Of a stretch of DNA of 64,000 nt, positions 1-12,600 are shown piece after piece. The stretch lies in NCBI GenBank assembly GCA_964035545.1, contig OZ037766.1, positions 10,530,722 through 10,594,721 on the forward strand, in the 5' to 3' direction. The notes below the pieces were generated by a model that made no database searches, had not been told where the DNA came from, and worked only from the letters and a program-made list of their open reading frames with translations. The DNA comes from Bugula neritina. Lineage: Eukaryota; Animalia; Bryozoa. The first letter of the stretch is position 1. Every line of letters starts with the position of its first letter. The position numbers were made by a program, and so were the translations under genes.

Positions 1-417
1 TGTATTTTTAAAATGTTATTCTGGTAGTTTATAAAGGTTGGCCCACGATCTCATAATGTAGTTACAAAAACCCTGTCAGTAAGATATCAATAAAATCAAC
101 CAGTCTGAATTCACAAGCCTAAAAATAGTCAGTTATAGCCGGATTCTAGAGTTCAACGGGGTTTTGTGTTTTGTATTGATTATTATCAATCACTTTTGGC
201 AAATTAAGTGTCAAAATCCTACAAAAATATGAAACATGCCAATTCAATAACTGCAACAATTTTAATTTTGAAGAAGTTATCTATCCCTATGCTATGAACT
301 AGTTTCAAAGACAAATAGTAATTTGCAAACAAAAGTGTCCTCTTTTTCATAATACACGCGTTTACAACATCAGCTATGTTCATTTGAGTTAGTTGCTAGT
401 CTTTTCTTCTCGCTTAC

Positions 418-3400
418 CCATGCAGACTTTCATCATGACATGAGATTCATATCCTTCTTTACAGTTGCACTCAAAGCTACCAGCCGTGTTCACACATTCA
501 CCTGGACCACATGTTTGGGGGTTCAGCTGACATTCATTTATATCTGTACAGTTGGTTCCTAGCAATAAAGTGCAAAACAAGACATTATTTCAACAAATTA
601 GATTTATGGGAAAATTTTAGTTGTCGTAGCTACTAAAAACTAGCAATAAATAAATAAATGTATTTTATACTGTTTAAATAAATGATTATAATTTATGAGA
701 AAAATATTAGAAATTTATTGTCATAAATGATTGTAAAAGACTTATTTTTCAATAATAGTAAGTCATTCGTATCTATAGAGATAATAATGCAACAAAACTC
801 TTTGAACTTTAGTGAGACCATCCAACACTACAATATTGTAATACTTGTTTGTTTAAAGTATATAGAATGGTGGTCTGCCATACCTCTAGAGTTTACATAA
901 AAACCCTGTGAGCATTCACATACGAAGCCAGTGGGCAACTTTCTACACAATCCATTATTACACAACTCAGGCCATGCTGAGCACTCATTGAATGCCTTGT
1001 CAGGAGTTGTTTTCTCGTCACATAACTCCATGTATTCAGCTGCAAATTACAAGACTTTTTAACTAAAATTCTTCCCTTTGACTAGAATCATTAAGCATTT
1101 TGCTTTAATAGACAAACTATATACCTACTCACAACATCTGAATCAAAACTAATCCATTAGCAATTTGTTTTAATAATTACCAACCAAACACAAACTACAC
1201 CTTTGGGTAAGGAAGTAACCATTCTAACATGTACCTAATATGTTATATTTTTAAACTGTAGCTCTATTATAACCTGCTAAATCCCCATAATTTAAATATT
1301 TATATCCCTATTTTTCTTAAAACACACAATTATTCAGTCTCATTGAAGAATATTCTACTAAGTTTGATGCATTTTCAAGCTTGGGCTGCATGAGTTATTA
1401 AAACCTACCTGTTCCTCTGTGAGGACACACTTCACAGTCATCCCCCCATGCCTTGCCAACAGAACAACAGCATTGATCTCTCTTAGTAACTCTGCTTAAT
1501 GCAGAAGAACAAATACCCTCTTTTGAACTCAGGTAGCAATTCTGTTGGCGTAAATCTGAAACAGGCAGCAATTTATGCATTCAGCTCAATATTTAAAGGT
1601 ATAAGTTATGCCTATATTATGTTTATATGTCTATATGAATAGAAATAGTTGACAGGAAAATATGTTTCTAAGACAGCCAGATGATCATATCAAACTCACC
1701 AACACATCGGCTGCCTACGAGTTGTAGTCCTTCCTTACATTGGCAGGAAAAAGAACCTTCTGTGTTTACACACCTGCCATTAACACATATATCTGGAAAA
1801 GCCTGGCATTCATCAATATCTGCAACAGAATGTTCTATTTTAGAGTATCACCCCAAGTGGGAATGCAAAAATATTGTATAGAAGGTGCTGTAGTCAGTAA
1901 TTATTACATATAATTACTGATAATCCTAACTATTATAGGGTTTATCTAGTTTATTAACTATACTCAATTACTAATGCAGCTCTACATTTCAGTTGTCCCA
2001 TATGGTCTAGGGGTTAGGATTCCTGGTTTTCACCCAGGCGGCCCGGGTTCGATTCCCGGTGTGGGAACTACATTTTTTTCGTGAAAATGCATATTATAGC
2101 AACCTAACTTGTCAACATTTTTTAAGATATGATGATGTAAATTGTAAATCATGAACACCTAAACATACTAGATATTTCTAAGTCTGCAAAATTGTAATAA
2201 ATTTCAAATAAAGTGGACTATCTTTCACATCAATGTATCCATACCAATGCACCGTGTCCCAGAATTCAAATGATATCCTTTAGGGCAGTAAGGAGTGTAG
2301 TCACTGCATGGTTGACAAGGGCTTCCCCAAGCCACCCCTACGGTTGAACAGCATTCGTCTCTTGTAATTCCATAAGGGAGCAAATTTCCCTCACATCCAG
2401 CATCCGAATATTTAGACCAGCATGTGTATTTTCTATTGTCTACAATGAACAGGTGACAATTAGATATTAATAAATTAATTAATTAATATACACACATTTT
2501 ACAGTAAGCTGTTTTCAAAACAAATAGCATGCATGTTACATAGCATAGCGCAAACTGCTGTTCAGTTTTAAAAAATAGTAGTTAAATTATGCTAAAACCA
2601 CTTACTTATACATAGTCCATGAGTAGAGTTCATCAACAAGCTGTGGTAAGGCAGGCAAACACACTCAAATCCACCAATAGAATTTCTACATTCTCCGTTG
2701 ATACAAGGGTGGTGTTCACATTCATTAATGTCTTCACAGTGAGACGTAAGGGGGTTCAGCTGGTAGCTAGAATCAATACATGTGTGCAGTGTGAATACTT
2801 TCAACTATTTTGTGATCAGTGCAATATTATTATTACACCAAATGCTTGCTAGTTTAGTAAAGAGATTTATATATCACTGTATTATTATATATAACATTAA
2901 AATGCTAAATTATATCAAAGTAACAATTTAATAGCAATTTTATCTAAGAGTATATGGGTTTATTCTGTTATGGGGCTTTTATATAAGACTATATTCACTT
3001 CTTAGCGTTATAGTATCATTGGTTTCAAATTCAAATTTTACTTCTGCTTTTTCAACTTTCTTGCAATTTTATAACAACTTTTAATTATAAATTTCGTAAT
3101 AAAGTTATTTTGGGCAGAATTGTTGTGAAAGATACATGTTATGGTAGCGCAATTGTTTGTATTGTTTGACTCTAACTTACTATCTCTTAGTCAGCACAGA
3201 AACAATACCTTGAAAAAATCTGCAATCAAGATTATAGTTAGCATTCCAAACACTACCCAGACAATGACAATTGTTGGACGATGACATCCAGCTTAGAATA
3301 CTGATATTAGAAGTCATGGTAGAACAGTTTTATGGTGTGCTGTCTAACACCAACTTAAATCAGCTTTGATGCAAGGTATGCTCATATGCACTATCATATG

Positions 3401-6400
3401 CGTGAATATAATTGAAGTAGCCTCTCAATATTGTTTTTTTTATATTCAGATATCAGATTTGTAACATACATATTATATTCTTTTAGACAGTTTATTTTGG
3501 GTTTGAGCTAATATTTTAATCAACACTATATAGTTTCCCCAGTCAACCACATTAAACACTCACGCAAGTTTATAGTCACCATCCCTATGAGAAAACCCCT
3601 GATGGAAGGGTTTTTTGTTAAATTGAACTAAGGACTTATTCAGATGAGGCACAAGAGCAATTATGACTAGATGCTCTTCCTAGCATCACCAATGGCCTTT
3701 GTTTGGGGCTCGAACCCATGACTTCGTGCTTACTAGGCAAACGCTCAAACCTCTAGACCACGGCTGCTCCCTAACCACATTAAACTTATTGTAAAATCAA
3801 CACCAAAGTACTTTGAATTTATAATGCATTTTTATGATGAACTATATAGTTGTTTTATTATATAGGATATGAAACATTGGTGTATGTTTGAGTATCTTCC
3901 CTATTTCACACAAGCTCTATACTCACCCAGTAGGACAAGTACACGTAAAGCTTCCAGCTACGTTCTTACAAACCCCATTTGAACATTTATTCCCTGATTC
4001 ACATTCATCTATATCTGTAACAGCATAACAAGTTTATCTATTGCAGACGTGTGTCTATATAATATACAATATAAATGTCTATAAGCAAATACAGCACTTC
4101 ACAGATCAAGACAGTTCTAGCAAGGCACTTTGAAAATAATTTTTAAGTAAACTCCTTTGCTATTTGTATTATTTTTGTTGATAAGCAGTCTAATCAGTGA
4201 TACATCTATATAATCTTTCACCGCATATATTCAACATATCATACAGAGGGCTGCAATATACTCTATATTTTTACTTATATATTCGTATAGTGGATTCTAA
4301 CCGACACAGAGAGATTCCTTGCCAGGGGGGTTTCTATATCCCCGGTCACATATACATCTGTATCCAGTCCTTTGAAGGTTTTGGCAAATACCGTTGGAAC
4401 ACAAGTTGGAAAATAGAAGGCATTCATTGATGTCTAAAAGTTCAGTACATACACAGTAAACAAACTGACATTTTAAATAAAAAGGTAAATGTAATGATTT
4501 CAAATAATATGTTATCAATAACTATGGTAATGATTCAAAACATAAAATCATCATATTGAAAATGATATTTGCAAATATGAAGAATAAGCTAATTGATATT
4601 ATAATTATTTTAGTGTTCATAGCTGAAGGATCTTAATTTAAAGCATTGGCAATCTGCCAAAGAGTAATAATATACAAAAAGCTTATAATATAATGATGAC
4701 TCATTGAATTGGTGAGAAAACGTTCAGAAGATTATTCTACTAAAATATTTTCTTTTATACATGAAAATGCTTTTGTTTTTCAATTCTAGAATGATAGCTG
4801 TAGCTGCATAAGTGTTTTGAAAATTTATAAATCGTTGTTAATGGAAATCAATTTTTGTAACATTACTTTTCGCAAATCTATTTTCTAATAAAAACTTCAA
4901 TATATTGGTACTAAATTAGTATTAAACTTTAAAATTCCACGAAGTCGGCATCTAACAATGAAATCTAAAATTTACGTTGTATGTATAGCTTATAACACCT
5001 CCACCTTGCAGTTGGAGGTCATAACATCACAATGTATTGTATTATGTACATATATATAGTCTATGCTACCTTCTCCATTGCTGTCAACTCCAGCATCGTT
5101 ATAGCACAGTTTCCGGTAATCTGCAGTACCTCTTGCAGGACACAGAGAGTGAGATCGCCCCCAACACATCTGCGCAGTTGCAACAGCAGTTACAGAGTCT
5201 ATGACATAGGAGCAACAACACTGTGACCTCAGGACGCTCTGAAATAAAATGTATTATAAAGATCTTTAGATAATTGATTTGAATTGTATTCAACAGTTTC
5301 TAAGAACAACATAGAAAATCTAATTATCAGCTACCTTCACAATTCCACATAAATTTATCCAAACTCCATTCTGTATGCCCAGCAAATAATATATTCTGTA
5401 GTCATTTTAGGAAGAAAAAAGAATATAAAGTTGCCTTGGAACTAGGGTCAGTGCAGGTGTTGTCTGATAGAATGGTTTTAAAACACAAGTCTCGTCTTGT
5501 TTCCTGGCACCTGGTACCATCAGCGTGCAGGACGAAGCCATCGTCACAGGAGCACTGAAATGAGCCTATTGTGTTGATACACTCTCCGAGCTCGCATAGA
5601 GGGTCACTTGAGTCCAAGCATTCATTTATATCTGTGCAGAATATTCAACATCTTCAATTATGGTTTTGAGATTTATGACTTTTTCCTTCAAGTGGAAGAT
5701 CATGTATGAAAGTAATTAAATAACGTATTTGATGAGCAATCTAAAATTATTAAATATGAATGCTTACCAACACAAGCTTTCTCATCTCTCGTTAGTCTAT
5801 ACCCAGGATTACACGCACATCTATATGTTCCGTCCATGTTGAAGCACTGTCCGTTTTGGCATTTAGATGCTTGGTAGCATTCATTAGAATCTAAATTTAC
5901 AATTTGACACACTTTACATCGATGGAAATTGTATTATTCTGTTGAACTGAACTCTATTTTCTTTTCTCATAGTTTTCAACTGATTAGGATTGAAAGAACT
6001 TCCAACAATTTGCACATCTGCACAAGTTGAAGGAGATCTTCATTAAGAAATACAGCTTATTAAACCATTTCTAATCAACTTTATATTACCATAAAAACTG
6101 ATTTAATCATATTATAGCTATTCATACTATAGAAAAATACTAAAAATTATTATTATTAATATCAAACCGATGCAAAAAGTTCCATCAGGTGAAAGTTCAT
6201 AGCCCGGGTTACATGTACACTTGTAAGAACCAGGGCTGTTCTCACACTTTCCATTAGCACAGATACTGTTCCCACTTTCTCTACATTCATCTATGTCTAA
6301 AAGTGAACGAAATATACTCACTACTTCATGAGTATGCAAAAACACAATTGGAGATCGTTCACAGCTGCAAATATAAATATAGAAGGAGCAATCAAACTCA

Positions 6401-9400
6401 TCTTTTTTTTCTTATTCTATGAGACAATATATTATTTTCATCTAAAATTTAAAATTTCATCGGTGCCAATAGCAAATAACATAATGTTTTGATACTAACC
6501 ATAACAAATCTGCTGATTGGCTGATTGCTTGTAGCCATCATTACATAGACACTTGTAAGCTCCTGCCATGTTTTGGCATTTGCCATTAGGACACATTCCA
6601 GATTCCATGCACTCATTCATATCTGAACAGCACAAACACATGACCCCAAGTTACAAATATATTATGTAATTTGCATGTGAATTTTCACCTTAAAGTGTAA
6701 ATCCCAAAGACTCTCTATTTATTTACAAATTACTACCCAATGGAAATGTTAGAGTTTTCATAATTTTATCATGATAAAATAGTGTAGCAAATGCTATAAT
6801 TATTTGTTGAATTAGTAGAAACCAGTTGATAACAAATTGGTATAAAGAGAAGGCAACTTTAAGGTAAGTTAATTGAAAATATAGTTTATACAATCGCACA
6901 TCTACAAAATAATACCATGTATCCAATGGTAAAAACATGAATTAATGATAAAATTGTGATATAAATATGAACAGCTCTATGTTATATAATATGTTGATGT
7001 TGATGGTAACATATACACTAAAATATTTTGAGTCATGTTTTGAATTAGAAAATAATATTATAGCAGAATTTCAAAAAAGTGTTTTTGTAATGTTATAGTG
7101 TTGTAACTATTTCAGTAATTGTAACAACACATTGTTTAGAAAACTGATGAAAATTTTATGAAACTAGTGCAAGCTGCAACACTTAGTGAATATACCTGTA
7201 CAGGTTCGGCCATTGGAGGTTAGTGCATATCCATCATTGCACACACAAGTAAACGATCCTTCAGAATTGGTACAGACCCCATTCGCACACACATCTAGTT
7301 GTGTGCATTCATTGTCATCTACCAAAATACGCCAATTTTATTTTATCAATTTTAATAAAATGTCTATAAAAATTTATGTAGCCGTAAGTATCAAGCAATT
7401 GTTACTGTTGCCATTGTCATTGCATAGTTCGTAGAGAAATGGTCAGCGGGCGTTAACACATTAGCATAATGAAAGAAATAAATATCTGACAGTCTAAGCT
7501 CCATGTACCATTTGCTAAAAAAGTAATGCAGCATATTTTTTGACAATTTTAATTATATTAATTAGCTTCTCAAAGCAACTATGTTATGTGAATTGCATGT
7601 GTGGAGTAACTTTATGTTATAAATTGGTAATTACTTTGTCTGTAAACACACTCGACCTGTTGCAACAATTCACATAACAACTGATTAGTTGTGCAAAAAT
7701 AAACATACCAACGCATTTGTTCTGACTATTTAGAATGTATCCAGTATTGCAAACACAGCGATAGGATAAATTGGTGTCTACACATCGTCCATTCTGGCAT
7801 ATATTAGGACCCAACTGCTTGCACAAAGAGGTGGAAGTGGTAGGACTCACTTGCCCACACAATGCTACATACTCAGCTAAAACATATTATTACATATTTG
7901 TCATAAGAATAGTTTTGAAATCACAACCATCTTAACATTTTTGGCCATCTGTGAATTTATAACTAAGCATATGAAAGAATAAATTATTTTTAAATACTTG
8001 TAGCAGTAACTAACGTATAGTTTTAAATACTGTTGAAAAAAATTCATTTTTCATATATATGTATATCTATGTTATATTAGAAAGATTAAACAAATATTAA
8101 ACTAAGCAAGATCAATGTACTTATAAGACCTATCAACACAACAACCTATTGTGTATTACAGACTCTTTTGGATGTAAGCAGGGTACACATGCAGGTCACA
8201 ACACCACCACTTCTGTCATTATGAATATAACATAAAGATGCATGCACAAGCATTGAACCGTTCCAGAGTTTCTTTTCCGATATTTTTTGCACAGCTGTGT
8301 TATAAAATTTTATTCTATTGATCCAGTATTATAGAAAGCTAACAGTATTTACATATGAAGTTGGCAAAATCACTTATTTTTATATTCACTAAATACAATT
8401 AAATTGAAGCTACATATAAATTGCAATGATATATAAAAAATAAAGAATAATGATTTTTCTTACCTGAATCTAAGGTAGGGCAGCGCTGGCAGGAGTAGCC
8501 TAGTGCAGGCCCCCAACCTGCACCTTGGTGGTGACAGCAACAAAGCTGGTAGCTAAGTTGACCCTGCATGGGTTTAGTGCACTGTTGAGATATAACAGTG
8601 GAAAAACAGTAGTTGGAGGCCTCTACAAATATTTCATACTGGTTACTTTCCCACATGTATATAATTCACAACCATAATCTTTGTGTCACCGTCACATAAA
8701 AGTACAAGGTGTCAGGTAAAAATGGCACAGGTAAAAAAATAGCATGACAGCAAGGGAAAATTTGCAAGTAATTACTTTTATGGCAAAAATGACTTTACTT
8801 TGTCTCTGATGCAGGTTTAAAAGCAGTGCAAAAGCAAATGGCAAACAGGTTGGGAAAGAAAGAGCAAAAGAAAGAAATAAGAGAAGTTATCTCAACTACC
8901 GCAGAGAGTTGCTAACTACAAGCTATACAATATACAATACCTGGAGTAACTATCTCTGATGACAAATAGAAATATATTAATTGCATCTAAACACAGCTTA
9001 ATATGCTATTTTTGCTTTAACTAACAAATTTGTTTAATTAAATTAAATTATGATAGAAAACAATACCACAAAATACTATATGTGAAAGCTCAACGAAGCC
9101 AATTAGACTACTAAGATTTTTGTAAGAGGTTACATCTTGTAGGTGTAGTAACATCCAAAAATACTCAGGCAGCAAATAATACAGTTATTATAAATCATGC
9201 TCATCAGTAAATTTTTACAAGAATAATATTCAAACTAGATTTTTTATCAAACTGACTCCATTCAAAAACGTTACTATAATATGGTTTTTATTATGTTGCA
9301 ACTAATATAATATATAAACCTACCAATACAGTCTTCACCATCCTCAGAAGGTTTGTATCCTTGATAACAGCGGCAATAAAACCCATCAGCGCTATCCATA

Positions 9401-9613
9401 CAAACACCATTTCTACCACAAGCTTCGGGCACCATGGAGCAAGTCCGAACAGCTTATAAATAGTGTATGTATAGCTTATCATTTAGAGTAAAAATAAACA
9501 GTGAGTACAGCTAATAGGTTATATATTAGTAATTAGCATATAAAGCAAAAACACGAAGCATATAAAGTATTTACTTACAGTTTAATTTATTATACAATGC
9601 CTTCAAAGACAAA

Positions 9614-9694
<81 letters not shown>

Positions 9695-12600
9695 GTATAT
9701 ATATAGGCAGCTACATAACTTTCATATTCAGCGTCATGATTCTTTAAGGGAAGCACAAAGTGTTTTATATAAATTTCAAGGCATTATAATCATAGGTCAT
9801 ATTAAATAAATTTTTTAACTTTTAGAATTCTAGCTAGTAATTTAATGTATATTACATGGCTTTCAAATTTCTTCTACTTTGTACCATCCCAAAGTAGAAT
9901 TTTCAGTTCTTTGATCTTTTAGAATCCAACAAATTAATGCAGCATCAAAATTTAAGTGCAAAACTGTTCTAAGCTTTTTTATGTACTAAAGTACACATTA
10001 TTATATTAATTATCTGTCTCTAATATATAAAGATATAGAGGTATATAACTACAGTACAGAAAAGATCAATTACTAATTATTTGACAATGGTTAACCCTAG
10101 TGAAATGTGAACTCCACAAGTGTTGTGCCGTGGAGCTTAAAACTTAGTTTACACATGATTAACTGGACACCTTATAATAAATACTTGCTATATAACATAT
10201 CTGTTTCTCACAGCTAGACTGGCATTCTTTGAGTTTACAGTTGCCATAACAACACATAACATTATAGGGCTAATCTCAGCGGGGCCCATATATCCGACAC
10301 ATGCATACATACGCGTGAAGTGCTCTCATTTACACAGTATTGATTTTAATCTCTTGAGTAAATTAGGGCCCAAAATACAATTCTATAGAGTTTTGGGCCT
10401 CAGCATAGCTTTAAGCTGTTATGTGAACATTCTTGAGTGGATCAGGCTGTACATAGAGTTACCCAAATGCTATGGTGTGCTCATTGGATTATCTTGTGTT
10501 ATGACTTGAAGCACTATTACATTACAGCTTGCTGTTTACTCAAATCTTCCAATGTTTTATTTACATAGGGCCCAAATTACAGCAGGAAACTAGGTGAACA
10601 TTTAAAACCGTGGTCATACAGAATGTAACTAATAATTTATATAAGTTCTTACATAGTTATATTATTTAGTTATATATGCTGATATTGAAGTCTGAGGCAT
10701 TAGAGCAAAATTTAGTGCAGTTGGAGCAAACCTATAACTACTTCAGATATAGGCAAGTTGCTATAGAATTGTCGCTGTAAGAGTAAATCAAACTCCAATA
10801 TTTTATTTTCTATACTCACAAGTTACACAGGCATTTGTTAGGGGGTCCTTAACTGTTCCAGGTGCACATTCGCATATGTAGGAGCCAATTGTGTTGGTAC
10901 AGGTCCCTCCAATACACAAGCCAGCAATAGCTGAGCACTCATCAATGTCTATGCAAGTGAACAAGGTGAGAGTAAAAATTATGGCATTGGTTCAACAATA
11001 GCACTATATTGCATTAGTGAAAGAGAATAATATTGATCTTGCTACCGAAAAAAAATTAGGTTCCACCGAGACTTGAACTCGGATCGCAGGATTCAGAGTC
11101 CTGAGTGCTAACCATTACACCATGGAACCACGTTGCTTTCAGTGCTGTAATTAGCTATTCAATTCTTACAACTAAAATGCTTTTGTCTTACCTATAATAG
11201 TTATATACAATAATTTTGGACAAGACATAGATTGTCATTTTTTTATAATATCATCTACTGACTACCATTACAATAATCACATTTAAGCATCGGATAAAAA
11301 ATATGAATCACTTATATGATATATTAATACTTAATACAAATTCATTCAAATAATACCATTTTATTTAAAAAACGATCAAAAATGGCATTATCCTATACAT
11401 ATAAGAAGTGCAATGATTTTAATACTCTCTGTTAGCAAAGTTATAGGTAATGTCATTATAACACAATGTATACATGTATAATGAATAGCCTACAAAGTTT
11501 TGAAAATAAGATATTGTATTTATTATATGCATAGTAAAAAAAACATGAAGTAAGGTGCAAATTTCAAGTTTACGGAAAGTTCCAACTTCTCTGTTATTTT
11601 CAAAACTGACATGCATGATTAATCTCACACCAAACCAATAATTAAGTTTGAAATGTATTTGAACTAGAATTATTTGTGAAAAATTTTCTATGCCTGATAT
11701 TCTATAGTCTATACTTTGCACTGTCAAAAGGCTCAGTATAAACATAATGCCTCAACAAATATGTAAGTAAAAGTTTGACGGACAATTTCAAAGGTATCAA
11801 ACATGACTTTTTAATGGAATACATAGGAGCAACATTGTCACATTTTTAAATGAAATTGGCAATACATTTGTCATAACCTAAAAACAACTTCTAGCAGAAA
11901 AAGTAATATTTCTTTCAGCTTTATAAATTTAGCAATAATTATGGTTTTCATACATACCTTGACAATTGTCTTCTTTGGCAACAAAGATGTAGCCTCTTCT
12001 ACAAGGATGAGGATTATCTGGACAGCGGGAGCATGGTATACCCCACCCTACCCCCAGAGTAGCACAGCACAGAGACCTGGTGCATTTTATTCCAGTCAGA
12101 GCACCTAAACACTGATTACCATTTATCTCAGTGAAACATGGGCCCACCTTGAGAACTCCTAATAGAAGAACAGAACTGTCGAAATAACAAAAACCGAAAC
12201 TTATATGAATGTCCAGCAACACGTCATATATTACATTTTGTTTAATAAAATGTGGCAATTTATTGCAACAGACATATATTATAATTATAAAAATTATACA
12301 CAAATTGTTATAAAAATGTACATAGTTTGAAAATATAATAAATATTTTTGATGCATTTAACAACTGTAATATTAGTTGTCTCATATATATGTTCTCTTTT
12401 AGTTACTTAATTTACTTACTTTATTTACTCTATTCACTGAAAAATAATTTAGTAAACTGAAACAAATTGAATGCAAGACATTATATAACATACTGAGCTA
12501 TTACCTGTAAAAAATTATATAACATACAGAGCTACTACCTGTAAAAAATTATATAACATACAGAGCTACTACCTGTAAGACATTATATAACATACAGAGC

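Noticed and set aside
64-168. Small inverted-end element (caaaaaccctgt...acggggttttg)
   Set aside because: Imperfect short TIR, single copy in the window, no clear TSD.
9571-9756. ORF-track protein with a YIYI repeat
   Set aside because: Translation of the (TA)n microsatellite.
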